From NCBI GenBank assembly GCA_032718475.1, contig JAUCBJ010000713.1:1-52354 (forward strand): a stretch of 52,354 nt of DNA, in the 5' to 3' direction. How positions within the stretch are numbered: the first letter of the stretch is position 1; every line of letters begins with the position of its first letter. Below, in pieces: positions 35,829 through 49,423 of this stretch. The translations under genes and the position numbers were made by a program. The notes under the pieces are model-generated. The model ran no database searches. It worked only from the letters and a program-made list of their open reading frames with translations, and was not told the DNA's origin. Source of the DNA: Nemertoderma westbladi (Eukaryota; Animalia; Xenacoelomorpha).

Positions 35829-37119
35829 CTAAGGTTGTGTAAGGTAAAAAATGTTTCTCAATAAAATTATAATTTTACAGTACCGTATTTATCTATGTAT
35901 ACTGTACTGCCCTTTTTAAATGCAAGTTAAAAAGCGACGGATACACGTTTTTTTACAATTCCACGAATCTTTCAAAACATAATAAAACCCCCAATAATGC
36001 CAGTTGGGCATCAGTCGGATTATTGATGACAACTACAGTATATTAACTACCCGAATCAGTTAAAACATTTACTAATATAGCAAATACTGTATCTTGCATG
36101 GAAGTCTGTAGGCCTATACTGTATTATACAGTACTTCCCCATGCAAGGTACAGTATAATGTAATATCTGCCGGACAATGCAATAACATATTTTTCTATGA
36201 ATTATACAGTAGGAGTATGGTGGCCCATGGCTGCCATTAAAAAAACAAATAGTAAAAAAATAAAATACATATATTAATATTACGTAATATTATATAATAT
36301 ATAATATTATATATAAATAACATATTATTACTATTAATATTTTTTCCACTTATTTATTATTTAAATATTTCATCAAGAGTTTTATAGTGGCAGCCATGGG
36401 CCACCATATAGGAAGCCCCCAATATCAAAAGAAACATACTTCCCCCGGGCTGAGAATAGTATAACGTTCGTTTCACTGCAATTATGGCATAAAACTTATT
36501 TTCCGTCTCGCTCCGCGGAAAAAGAATGGCAACCCGTACAGTACTACTGCCATATAACATTATCACTAAAATAGGGCAGGGGCAGGGCGTTAACCAATAA
36601 TTCAGGTTACTGGCTTACTGGGTTACTATAGTTTCAATTTAATACCTAACTGCCTAACCACTAACACAGTAACACACAACACACTACTGCAATACAGGTA
36701 CAGCACTATAGTCCAGTAGTCAGACAGCACTGCAGTACTGATATATTACATTATTAGGCCTACTCTTTGGTTTTAATAAGGCCAAACAGCGGAACAGCCA
36801 AATCCAGAACTGCAGACAGCCAAATACTTTCAGAGTTTAGACACAACCAGACAACCTTGACACGAGACTGCGAGAAGCTAAGCTAACCACCTGACCACTA
36901 ACGCTAACAATTGAAGATCTATAACGAATTGCTGTAGTCCATCGACGAAAGTAAGGCTGTAAGGCAGTAAGACGAGAAAGCATAAAGAAAGGTAGGTCTG
37001 ACTCTGACAATCTGAGGTCAGTCTGTCAGTCACTCAGTACTGCAGTCTGGCAGTAGCCTAGGTAGCCTACATTCAGACAGTTAGTGCTGTAGTGGCACTA
37101 ACTTAGTGTGACTTTCTTA

Positions 37120-38158
37120 GCTGTAATAAAGGGTCAATTGCCCAATAAAACTAAATTGCAATTATATAAAACGCTTACTATGCCCTATCATAATTATTGT
37201 TGTCAGCTGCTTCCTGCTTGTGACTCTCCATGACAAACATGGTTCAAAGGAACTGCTTTATAAATTTGAAAAGGTACAAAATTACGCATTACGCACTATT
37301 TTTGGGAAGAAACTTGCCGACAGCAGTGGAACGGAGTTGAGGCAGAAAGGCGAAATTCCGTCAGTCCGTGTCCGGTACTCTCTGCAGTTCGAGAATATTA
37401 TGCGCTTATATCAGTATATCATTGTATACTTTTACAAATATATGCAATGCATACCGGTACGCTTACAGAAGCTTTTAAAACTTTGGATCTGCCGTTTTTA
37501 GCAAAAAACAATATTAGGTTAAATCCACGAACTGGGAATATCGTTATTCCAAAATCTAAAAAGAGGTTTGGTCACGATAGTATAATTGTGAAATCGGTAA
37601 AATTATGGAATTCGCTCCATATCGATGTAATCAAGTCACCAAACCTTGCAACTTTTAAACGACATTTTAAAAATAGATTTCTAATTAAATAGCCTACAGT
37701 CGAGAAGAAGTAACTTAGCTGTCGAGGCTCTTTATTGTCTGCCAGGGGGCATGGGGGGGGGGGGGGTAACTGCTCCATACAGCCATAACGAAACCAAGGT
37801 TTCTGCATGGTTCAGCGGGGGTGGGGGGGGGGGGGGTAACTGCTCCATCCCCTCGGGAGGGGGGGGTAGTAATATTTGTGCTTAACTAAATTTTTTTTTT
37901 ATCTATTATATCTACCGGTACTGTACTTACACATGTCTTATTTCCGGTACATGTATTACACTGTTACATACATAGCTGCATAGGAGTAACATAGTTGTTC
38001 CTGTCAGCCTGTACTGCTGTACACTGACGCTATTGTTCCAAATAATCATTTAGTGTGTACAGGTGTATATATACATTGAATGCCCAGTGCAATTTTTTAT
38101 CATAAATTATCTGGTTTTAAGGATCAATAAAGAAATTATTATTAGGTATTATATTATA
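37120..38158 (+). mobile_element. L2/CR1/Crack-type LINE 3' end fragment
   Basis: KLQLYKTL.MPY.NYC, EKVQNYALRTI and KLWNSL...SPNLATFKRHFK C-terminal motifs. Possible tail aataaagaaattattatt at ~38126. Confidence 0.65.
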
Positions 38159-39673
38159 GTGGTCTGCAGTTTAACCCCCTGACTTCACTGGACTTATAAA
38201 TAACTTAATGAATTAGGCCTATTTATATTGATGTCTAATTCAGTAATTTTTGCTAGCTGTGATTGTACCGGTAACGGTAATTGAATTAGAATTGTTGTTA
38301 ATTGTACGGTAAGTGTAATGTATAGCATGGGGTTTGCTTGTTGACGAGACTGACGAGAGGCTATTTCAGTATTTACCAGTTTACAGACGCATCGGTCAAC
38401 CATTACTGACCATAATGAATGCCTAACCCTTCTGCCCTTGCTATAAAAAAAAGTACTGGTATCGCAGTATCCTGGTATCGGAACGAAGCACTTGTTGTCA
38501 CTAATTTTAATTTACCCAAAATTCAATTATTCTGCCCGAGTGTGTTGAGTTATGCAGTGGTATGTACTAGTCAGCTAGTTGGCTGGTTTTTCTGAAATAC
38601 CATTGCGTGGAAAACACAATAGACGAGGTCAGAATATCCGACTTTCGGTTAACTGAAATTAGTGCTGTAGTGACAACTGACAAGGGGTTCTTTTCGCCAC
38701 ACTTTTTTTTATATGAGTCACTATTTAATCTGAAAAATGTAACTTTTTAATAGTATTCATTTCATTGATTGATGTGCAATTTTAACTGTAGTAATGAAAA
38801 CCAGTAAAGAAAACAGCTGTAAGTAATAATTGTCAATTCGATGGTAATTTAATGAATTATCATTAACCTGTTAACATGGTTTAGGCCCCTATACAAATAA
38901 TTGTCATATGATATACCGGTATTATTTTTACGATTTTTAATTGGTGTATGCGGTGTATGCAAATTCTTATAATTTATGGTGAATTGTCCAATTATTTCGA
39001 TTAACAGAAAAACACAATAATATAATAATATCTGAATACCGGTATGTCCTTTCCATCAGATTCCACAGGTATGAAATTAGGTATTCAGCGTATCTATCTA
39101 CAAAAATCCATATCTGTGATTATATCAGATCAAATTTTATTGAAATACCGGTATTAATGATTCGAAATTACGACAACTTGATGCCTCACCCGGGTCTCGA
39201 ACTCTAACCACTGACCGAAAATGACGTACTTTCTGCTCTAAAATAGTGGTAGAAAGACTTTCTGCCACTCTTTTAGTGGTAAGAAAGTTATAATAGTGCG
39301 CGGAAGTACGATTTTCTGCACTGTTTATTACAAAACTTAGTGAAAAAAGTGCATTTTTCAGATAAAATATGTTTGTTTATGCACTAAACGGAGGTTGGGG
39401 CGTTTATTTTTCCCCCCAACACTCCTGTAACCTGCTCCTTCACTAACTGTCCTCCTGCTTTCTTACATTTGCTAGTAGTGTGCTGGTCAGTCAATTCAAT
39501 TTGTGTAGTGGAGGGAGCGCTGGCAATGGGGGTGGGGGGGGGGGGGGGGGGGGGCATATGGTACCGATACTTGTCTTCTTCGTCAAACTACCATATCGCT
39601 ACTTTTTGTGATTTTGATTAAATTATTATATGTACTTCTTTATTACTTTTTTATCAGATAACGCACAGTCATC

Positions 39674-39765
39674 ATGTCGGCGTCGGCTGCTATGAAGAAA
39701 CAAGTTGACCAGCTTAGAACTGAAGCGAGTTTACAGCGAATAAGGATATCTGAGGCTTCTGCTGA
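39674..39765 (+). CDS. GNG: Heterotrimeric G-protein gamma subunit, coding exon 1
   Basis: MSASAAMKKQVDQLRTEASLQRIRISEASA plus GA|gtaagt donor (phase 2). Upstream acceptor ttttttatcag ends at 39657, implying an upstream non-coding exon. Confidence 0.92.
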
Positions 39766-39850
39766 GTAAGTATATAGGAGGAGGTACATTGTATTATTAT
39801 ATCACATATCTAATTACTAAACGTGAACTAGGGTGACTGGGTTTTTTAAA

Positions 39851-41329
39851 ACGTTAGCTGCGGCCCCGAAACCACTGGTTCTTTGTTGCTCGGATTGTGC
39901 ACCGGTGAACAACCATTTCCTGTTCCATGACTGCGGCAGGTTTTGAAGCTTGGCGTTTAGTTAGTGCGGATTATGCACCGGTGAACATTCCTGTGCAGTT
40001 CCTCAACTGGGGATTGTGCACCGGTGTTCAGCAACGTACTTTTTGTTAATTACATTTTGCGGGAATGCCTTTGGGCACCGGTGCTCAAATTCACTATCAT
40101 TGTATTTATAAAACAGTGGAGAACCACCATGGAAAAGAAAAAACCGCATCTCAATAGCTCCGCCCAGTCCAGAGATAGTAGTTTGAATTTCATCTAAACT
40201 TTATATATTTTTTATGATTTTACTCTTACAGGGTTAACAATATCTGCAGTTTAACGACCCCCCACCCCCACCATCAATTATTTGGGTTTTAAAAACATTG
40301 ATAAAGTAAAACAATATAAAATAACATTGATATTGTTACAGCACATTTGTTCATGCATTATAAATTAATACATGAAAAGTAAACAGTTATTGCTTAACTA
40401 ACAATGAACTAAATCAAGTAGGCCCTAGGCCTAATACTGTGGCTATGCTACAGTAGAGCATTTTAAAAATCCCGCCATATTTATATATGTGGAAATATTG
40501 AGCACCGGCGCTCAATCCGCACTGGCACTTGTGTAGTGCGGATTGTGCATCGGTGCACAAACCCAAAGAAATATACATATGAGTCATACAAAGGTCAAGG
40601 TCACAGATACCGAATATGACAACGCTGATGTATTTGAGCACCGGTGCTCAATCCCATAATGCCAAAATAGCTCCGCACTACAGGGTTGTACAGTAGGGCG
40701 GTGCATTTTTTACTTTTTTCCGATTTCATTGTTCTACCGATGCACAAAAGTTGCCAAATGGTAAAAAAATAAGGCAAAAAAAATTTCTTTAAATTTCGTC
40801 TATATCTTCACGGATCCCAAGAGGGTTGAAATATTGTGCCATCGCGATGCACCATAATGAAATTTATAACAATATAACATATTGATGAAAGATCAATGAC
40901 TCAAAAAAAGAACTTCCTGCATTCATCAAATGTCATCAAATGGGTCCAAACTTAGTTAGATACCAAAATTTTAATTTTTGGATCAAGGGAAGTTGTGCCA
41001 CAGGCACATGACCAGAACCAACTCTTTGGCGCAAGTGATGATTATTCTCAATTTTGGTGATGGACAACTTTTAGTTCTCCTACGGCATTATTATTAGGCT
41101 CATTAGAACCGCAATGACCGATTTAGTGGGGGTAGACACCATCAAAACAAGCATAGAGCGAATAGTTCTTGAGATATTACAGAAAATGTTAAGTACGGCA
41201 CATGTCAACATTACTGCCTTAAAAAAACGCACCGCCCTATTGTACATGTAAAGGGCATGTTCACCGGTGCTCAATCCGCAGTAAGAAGTTGACAGGGAGT
41301 AAAACCGGTGCTCAATCCGCAGCTAACGT
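39851..41329. mobile_element. MITE with 13-bp terminal inverted repeat and ggattgtgcaccggtg subterminal repeats
   Basis: acgttagctgcgg (39851-63) and ccgcagctaacgt (41317-29). Internal motif repeated forward on the left and inverted on the right. Confidence 0.75.
40691..41242. mobile_element. Tc1/mariner-type MITE nested in the previous element
   Basis: TA|cagtagggcggtgcatttttt ... aaaaaaacgcaccgccctattg|TA, giving imperfect TIRs and a TA TSD. Confidence 0.8.
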
Positions 41330-41673
41330 GATAATGGTGGGGTACGAGAGGAACTAACTACCTGTGGTTCACGAGATGTAACGATGATGTGATGAGAGTG
41401 ATGATAAATTATATTGAATCGAAGTATCGCTATATTGGATGTATTGGATGGGAAATGTATTGACAGGAATCCAAAGGTGGCTTAACATTAGGGTTAGGCC
41501 GAACTTTTTTTTGAATGAAATTCCTATGGGCTACCCCCCGCCCCCCCCCCCCCCCCCCCCCTCCTCATGTGCCACATAGTGAAAAAATTAACTGTGATAT
41601 TTTTTCAATGTGGTTCAAGTCTACCCGGTGCTGACGCGACCAAAGTTATCCCACTACAATCGCTATCATCAGT

Positions 41674-42990
41674 AAGGTAGCGATAGCGCGTTTTTCCACT
41701 AGACACTTGTGGTGGTCATTGAAGACGATTTATAGTCTGTTAGAAGCGCAATCATTGATTTAGTAGGGGTAGGTGAAACTAAAACTGTAAGAAAATTATT
41801 ATTTCTGAGGTGCATGCCATTTATTCTCAAATTGTAATTATTATACCTTAACATATTATTTTGTGCTGTTATCGGAATAGATCATTCTCATCATTGGTAT
41901 TTTAGGTTTTTAGTGGTTCCGTGTGATTCATTTTGGTCTCATTGGAACCGCAATGGTCGATTTAGTTGTACTGGATGCATGTTTTAAGACCAAATTATCA
42001 GTATTTTGAAGTTATGGCCTATATTTCAGATTACAAGTCAAGATTTCGAACTCATTACGATGAAATAGAATGCGATGTATCTCCGAATATTTCTAATTGT
42101 AGGCTTCTTTAGTGGTATTACGGGTTTCATGTTGTTATGGGCTTCTTGTAACTGTAATGCCGGATTTAGTTAGAGAATAATCATGTTTTAAAACCAAATA
42201 TCAGTATACTTTTGCAGTTATTGCATATATTTCATATTACAAGGATATCACATCTTGTGCTCATTCCGAGGCGATATATATACTATAATGCATTCTCATT
42301 GTAGGCTTTTTAATGGTGCTTTGGATCTAAATCGACCATTCCAGTTCCTTGTTCCAATGAGTCCGAAATGAGTCACATACACAACCACTAAAACCCTACA
42401 ATAAGAATGCTTCACAAAATGCACCGATATATTACCTCGCCATGAGCATAAGATCTTCGCTTGTATGAAATATAGGCAATAACTGCATAAATACTGATAA
42501 TTTGGTCTTACAATATGGTTATTCTGTAACAAATCTAGCATTGCAGTTATAAGAAGCCCAAATGATACCCCATAAACCACTAAAAATGGCTACAATTATA
42601 ATTCTTCTCAGATACTTCGCAATCTATCTATCACACACGATGAGGTCGAAGTCTTGGCTTGTAATGAAATATAGGCCATAAATTCAAATACTGGTAATTT
42701 GGTCTTAAAACATGCCTCTAATACAACTAAATCAACATCACATAACACCACTAAAAACCTAAAATAACTATGATGAGAATGATATACATTCCTATAACAG
42801 CGCAAAATTATTCTGTTTAAGGTATAATAATTAGAGTAAAAATGGCATGCACCTCAAAAATATTAACTTTTTAACAGTTTTAGTCTCATCCACCCCCATT
42901 AAATGAATGATTGCGCTTCGAACAAGCTATAAATCGTCCTCATATGTCACCCAAAGTGGGTCTAGTGGCAAAACGCGCTATCGCGACCTT
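41674..42990. mobile_element. Foldback-like element with long diverged inverted repeats
   Basis: aaggtagcgatagcgcgtttttccactagac / gtctagtggcaaaacgcgctatcgcgacctt. Complementarity continues for hundreds of bp (gaggtgcatgccattt / aaatggcatgcacctc). Confidence 0.8.
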
Positions 42991-44038
42991 GAACCTTTAC
43001 CCATGAGCCAATTAACAGTACAGCCAATTTAAAAAAGTTCGTCAAATTACTGTACATTTTGAAAGTCCAAGCTCTAGTTTAAGAATTTCCTAGGAATTAT
43101 ATTTTCTACAACTGTGCTCGATTAAAGAACGTTTCAGGATAAGAAAAATGACACTGGGATCGATTTCAAAGAGTTGGCCCAACCCATCCAATTTTACTCA
43201 ATACTGTCAAATTTTCACATATTTTAACCAAATTAACCATTTTTTAGTAAAAAATTTCATATATCAAAAGTAAATCAACTTCCTAGGAATTCTATTTTTT
43301 GTATCTTTGGTCATCTATAGAACATGTCAGTCTTATTCATATTCCGAAATTTTCAAGAGTTGGCCGAACCTGGTTAATGTTCAGGTCAAATCTGGATTTT
43401 AAAAACTCAATTACCAGTATAGTTCCGACTATAGTTCAAAAACTAAACCGGTTAAAAATATATGGAGAACAGCAATTGAAAATGCATTAATTTCCCTAAA
43501 CGTAACAATTAAAAATTCATCGAATATGGTCGTGTTGCACCAGAGTTACAACGATTTTTATAATGGCACATCATATTAAACATTATTATTTAACCATTTT
43601 GAAGTTCCCTCCATTTGAATATCAATAAAACGTTTACTTCGTTACGTATAGTACCTATGGCTCTTCCGGTGAAGGTATTAAGGTTCAAATGGGCTGTACA
43701 GTATGCTTATTCTATTATGAGGATGCCAAAGCACAAGATTATGCACTGGGCTGGCTGGTCCTCACGGCGAAAGCAATGTCCTGCAACGCGGAGGCGGCTT
43801 TGTTCTAGTGTTAAGCTTAGGGGAACCAATGAAACACCTCCAATATACTCTATAGTGTCTGGTTGGAGATGTGTGCATTGTACTTGACACAGTAAACCCG
43901 ACGTAGCATTCTTTTGAATGTGCCATACAGAGATTTGGTGTCATATCTTTGAACGTTAATACTTTATAACTCCTATTCAACTGCGCCGATTTAACTGTAA
44001 CAAACACCGACAATTATATTTACAATACAATTATCTGT

Positions 44039-44120
44039 CAGATATATGCTCCAACCTGTTATATGTTTGTGGGTGTGCCAGATATATGCTCCAAACTGTT
44101 ATATGTTTGTGGGTGTGCCA
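44039..44120. repeat. 40-bp tandem duplication
   Basis: cagatatatgctccaa[c/a]ctgttatatgtttgtgggtgtgc x2. Confidence 0.9.
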
Positions 44121-45631
44121 AATTGATACAAATATTTGCGAATTTTTGAACATAGTGATTGCAATGTGACATATTGTAGAGAAAGGCGGCAATTTATATT
44201 GTATTCCCTTAAGTTTTATGCAAAGTGTAGACAGACTTATTGTTTATTAACATAGCCGGGGCTGTCTAGCCAGCACTTTAACTTGGAATAATTGGTTTTT
44301 GTTTTTTTGGTTAGGGTTAGTTGGTCAGGCCCAAACCCTATTTAAAACTGTCATGTAACCCTAAGTCATAAGGTTCTAATCTAAGAAATTTTGTGGAATT
44401 TTGGACCTTTGCCATGAGCCCGCCATGACTTCGGGTTAGAGTTACATTACAGTTTTAATTAGGGTTTCGGGCCGCCATTTCACTTCGAATTAGGGTTTCG
44501 GACCGCCACTCTCGAAATCTGTGGTGAAAATGCTCTGGTGGGGGGGGGGGGGGGGGGGGCATTTGACGCTAGGAGAAAATGCCCGGAGGGGGAGGGGGCA
44601 TTTTCGCCTGTGACAACGGCACTGGGTCTGATATAATGCAATGCATGAGTAAATAAAAACAGCTCAATGTTTATAATTCTTAGAGTGTTGTGTGTTGATT
44701 CTGTAGTCACCGTAAGTGGATCGCCCCCTCTCCAGCAGATACTCATGGATTGCGTGACTCACCTCAAGTCTTACTTAGATAGTCAGTATGAGTATGACTC
44801 ACGGCTACGCCCTGACTCTGTATGTGCGTATTGACTTCTTCCCCTGGTTACTTGTGAATAAACTATGTTATTATTTGTTTATATATAAAAACAATTTTAT
44901 TCTTAAATCGTTACTTTTTGGTTTGAATATACCCCAAAATCGGGAAAAAAATAAGCACTTTTTTCCCGAGGGACAAAAAATATCCCATAGGATTGCATTA
45001 ATTTTAATTTTTTCCCGGCGAAAAAAGCTAAGTAAGAAGTGTGAAAATATTTTTGGTAGAATATCATAAATTTTATTACAGGAATCGAAAGAGCATGAAT
45101 AAAAACCATCCACGCAATCAAAAGTTATTGCAGGTATAGTGTCTGCGCAGTCAGATCATAATTATCCAATATTGCCTATTAAAAGGTGGGCCCTTTTACT
45201 GATGTCATAAATGTTCTAGAATATGTATTGGCATGGGCCATGAGTTGTATGTAAGCAAGCACTGAGCTTTGTGTACAGTAATTCGAATCCTTGTTCATTA
45301 GCTCAACAACACAAACATTCAACTGTTCGTATACAGCCATGGCCTACTATGTACAGTATATAGTAGGCCATGATACAGCATATTACCGTAGGGCGCAGTT
45401 TAAGCAAGGACTTGTAAGACTTGCAAGGACTTAAGCAAGGAAGTAGTCCTTGAGTTTAAGTTATTATTGTCGTACCGGTACGTAAGTTGTATTAAAACTG
45501 CTATTACTGCAACTATTACTGCTGCTGGTTGGTTTCTTGCCAGATACGATTTCAGACTGGAGGAATAGGCAGGAATTCCAAAAACAATACAGCAATAATA
45601 AATAATCTGTACCAGTATTAATAGCATAAAG

Positions 45632-45777
45632 AGGGATCTAAGTTAACCTAGTTAGGATCTAAGTTCACCCAGATATGATCTATGTTCTCAAATATAGCAT
45701 AGGACCTCACTGTATGTTCGCAAAGATCTAAGTTCATAAAAGTCAGGCCCCGCAGGATCTAAGTTCGTTTTACCCCT
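45632..45777. repeat. gatctaagttc repeat array (MITE end) just upstream of Bub3
   Basis: About five copies ending aagttcgttttacccc, resembling the reverse complement of gggtagcacgaacttag at 26895. Confidence 0.6.
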
Positions 45778-45976
45778 AAATACAGAAATAGGCCACCTAC
45801 CGGTAGCTCTGTTAGTCTGTAGCTGTTGCTAATGCAGTACCTACTTCAATACAGCAGTAATAACCTGATACAGTGATAAATGTGAAGAATTCTACACCCT
45901 ACGCCAGTACGCTGTAGTGCTGTACGGTGTGCTCAACTTCTGAACTTAGCGGCCCGGTACCAAGAAAAACAGTAAA

Positions 45977-46963
45977 ATGGAGCCTGATAAGATTGGTGAA
46001 TTCAAGATTTCCCAACCACCGACGGACGGGATATCTTCTCTGCGATTCAATCCCTCGGCCAGACAGTTCCTACTGGTGGCGTCCTGGGACTCGACAGTGC
46101 GACTCTACGACGTGGTCCACAACCAACTACGTTCCAAGTTCCAACACGACGGGGCGGTGTTAGACTGTGTGTTCTCGGACGCCACCCAGGTCTACACCGG
46201 GGGACTAGACTGCTCGTTGCGAACCTTCGATCTAAACTCGGGACAGGGTCGCGCCGTAGGCCAGCACGATAAGGCAATCCGTTGCGTTGACTACAGCGCG
46301 TCTGCGGGTGTCGTTATTACCGGAAGTTGGGACCAGACGGTTAAGTTATGGGACCCCCGGACGTCCGAGAATGTGGGGTCTTTCTCGCAGCCGGAGCGAG
46401 TATACGCGATGGATTCCTGCGGGGAGAGACTTATAGTGGGTACGGCGTCACGCAAGGTGCTGGTATGGGACCTCCGCAATATGGGCTATGTGCAACAACG
46501 CCGGGAGAGCAGCCTAAAGTACCAGACGCGTTGCATCCGCAGCTTCCCGAATGAGGAAGGTTTCGCAATCAGTTCGATAGAGGGTCGTGTGGCTATAGAG
46601 TACCTGGACCCCGCGCCCGAGGTACAACGCAAGAAGTACGCGTTTAAGTGCCACCGGATACGGGAAGGGGCAGTGGAGACTGTCTACCCAGTAAACGCTA
46701 TCGCCTTCCATCATGGGTACAACACCTTCGCTACGGGTGGTAGCGACGGATATGTTAACATCTGGGACGGTTTCAATAAGAAACGACTTTGCCAGTTCCA
46801 TCGCTACCCTACAACCATCGCTTCGTTGTGTTTCTCTCGAGACGGTTCAACTTTAGCTATCGCCACCTCCTACCTCTTTGAGGATCATAACGTTCTCCAG
46901 AAACCCGCCGACGATGCCATCTACATCCGCAGCATAACAGATCAGGAGTGCAAACCGAAATAA
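45977..46963 (+). CDS. BUB3: Mitotic checkpoint protein Bub3 (WD40), 328 aa, intronless
   Basis: PPTDGISSLRF, LLVASWDSTVRLYD, VWDLRNMGYVQQRRESSLKYQTRCIR, SSIEGRVAIEY, KKYAFKCHR, YPVNAIAFH, WDGFNKKRLCQFHRYPT. AATAAA at 47082-47087. Confidence 0.97.
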   Translation: MEPDKIGEFKISQPPTDGISSLRFNPSARQFLLVASWDSTVRLYDVVHNQLRSKFQHDGAVLDCVFSDATQVYTGGLDCSLRTFDLNSGQGRAVGQHDKAIRCVDYSASAGVVITGSWDQTVKLWDPRTSENVGSFSQPERVYAMDSCGERLIVGTASRKVLVWDLRNMGYVQQRRESSLKYQTRCIRSFPNEEGFAISSIEGRVAIEYLDPAPEVQRKKYAFKCHRIREGAVETVYPVNAIAFHHGYNTFATGGSDGYVNIWDGFNKKRLCQFHRYPTTIASLCFSRDGSTLAIATSYLFEDHNVLQKPADDAIYIRSITDQECKPK

Positions 46964-49423
46964 TGGGTTTCTCAAGTTATCCTTAATAGTAAGTCTGCTC
47001 AAGCATTGCATATATTGGTAAACGAGCTAAACTTCATCGATAAAAGCGAGTTAGTATGGTTGTTTACAATCAGCTATACGGAATAAAACTGGAACTGTTT
47101 ACCATTATACAAACTATTATACTAACCAAAGGAACAAACTATTTCTTTTGTTCGATGTTTGATGTAAAAACTTTAAACTTCTGTTCGTATTTTGTATTTA
47201 TAGGATTTAATTTCCTTGTCTATTAAAAAAAACGTGGATATCCGGCTGGAGTTTGCCTTGGTGACTTTTTCAGACAATACATAGAGGGCCTAATACAATA
47301 CAATACAGACAATACAATTTACATTTACTATATAAATTTATGAGAGGTACCGGTATACATAAAGTATATAGAAGAGATAATGCTACCCACTACTCCCACT
47401 CATCCGCTATATACTCCGACTGACCCTACAATTCAGGTAGATTTTCCCCTGGGGATGCATTTTGATTCCCTCATGAGTGCCCCCCCCCCCCCCCCCCATG
47501 TATGTGTATATTTGCAACATCGCAATATACTCCATGTCCTGAAATATAGCGTCATAATTCAGTGGCCTCAAATACCCCCCACCCCCAAACCACCCCCGAA
47601 TATTTTTTACAAATAATAATCGCAATAAGAAATCCATTTTTTATAAAGGTGCTATGCAGAAACTAAAATGTAAGAACTTCTATACTATATCTATACCAGA
47701 TGTAAAATGCATTGCATGCATATGCAATCGGTTGATGGGCCATTCTCACCAAAATTTGCCAAACGGGTGTCCTGAAGCCACAACTTCTGTTTATGGCGGT
47801 TCTAGAAAGTGCTGAAGCGTAGATTTTGTACAATTAATTTCAGCTCAAACAGACATCATGTCTTCCCGTAGCAGAACATGGCCAAAAAATGACATTTCCA
47901 AATGTCCCAGGTCCAAAGTTGTAGTAGAACAAACTGGTATAAAATTCCAACCCAAGGTCATAATAGCCAGTAAACCAAAATACATTAGAAAGCTGGATAA
48001 ATGGAGATTCATTTTCTGCAGTATTTGTATAAATACCATGTAGTTGGTGTCGTACAGCTGCATTCAACATCGTGTCCCACACTTTTCTGATTTTTATGTC
48101 CGACCCTGTAGCTGTAATGGTGCTGATTTCATCTTAACTTTTTAACAGCAATCCTAAAAGTAAATATTCATTTGAAAGCAAATTTTCTCAGGATGACCAT
48201 GTTAAAATTTCATCACATTTGCTTAATTTCCGTCCAAGTAATCGTCTTCTAAGTAGACCAAGGTATATGTGACAATCTCTTTGTCCGGCCCCTGTAATGG
48301 TCACACATTGCCTATTTAAAAGTGATAGAATTACAGATAAGAGTTAGTAAAGATACTGCCAGATTCGTATTTCTCAGCGCTTTCAGGATGTAGGTTAGCC
48401 ACACTTCAAATTATATGTAAACAATAATCAATCACTGTGTCCGGCCCTGTAATTGTGTCGGCCGCCCGTGGTAATGTATGGCTCTGGGATCACGTTCACT
48501 ATGTAATATATATGTTTAATATAATAAAAGTACATCTTTCACTATTCAAAATATAGTTATAGGCGGGGATTATTATACATTTACCAAGAAATCTATGCAT
48601 TACAGGCCGGACAAATCATTACAGGGCGGACTCGTTTTAAATGCCAAATAAATTTTTTCAACGGCGCAAAAGTGTTTGACCATGGTCCCCATTAAATTCC
48701 TGACATCAAGAGCTTTCAGAAAATATATGGGTTTACTATATTCTGTAGACAATTTTTTTTTGAAAAATGTACACCCGTTTTGGCCAATTTTGTTGAGAAT
48801 GGGCCTGATCTGGTTTCGCCGCTCAGCTGTAGGCACCGTAAAAGATCAAACCAGGAAAACATGTAGATTTCGCTAAATGGAAATAAAGTTGAATTAAACT
48901 AACTAACTGTCGTGGCTGTACTAGAGCTTGCGCCATTCAGTCAGCTATCCTACGTTAGTTCGCCAGTCCCATAACGTGACTGCCGATGTGCTTGTGCACT
49001 ACACCCTTCTTGTCCTTTTCATTATCATGCTTGCTTAGCTTTCTTGATTAATACAGGAGGGACGACCCCCTTGGAAATATGCTTCAAAGCTTTCGCGGTA
49101 ACCCCATATCTTATGTTGGGCAAATCCTATTTGGTGTATTGTCATTAAGACAATCCAAGGCGGTATAAAAAGTACAGGAAAAAGTAACAAACTCTGCTAA
49201 ACTCCACAGGTTAATAGCTTATTGTGAAGAACACGCTTCGTACGATGGTTTGCTCTGTGGTATTCCTACTCCAGACAATCCCTACAAAGAAAAGAAGTCT
49301 TGTACTGTTTTATAGATAACTGTACTTCCACTGTTGTGCATTAAGGGTGAGTTACTAGTAATTCATTGAGAATAATGAGTTTAGAAATTAATTTCTCTTT
49401 TGTTTTGTTTAATTTTTTTCTAG

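Noticed and set aside
36800-36991. Possible non-coding first exon of the G-gamma gene (donor-like AG|gtaggt)
   Set aside because: Plausible but not supportable without transcript data.
44311-44500. ttaggg telomere-like motifs
   Set aside because: Few scattered copies, more consistent with a non-autonomous transposon fragment.
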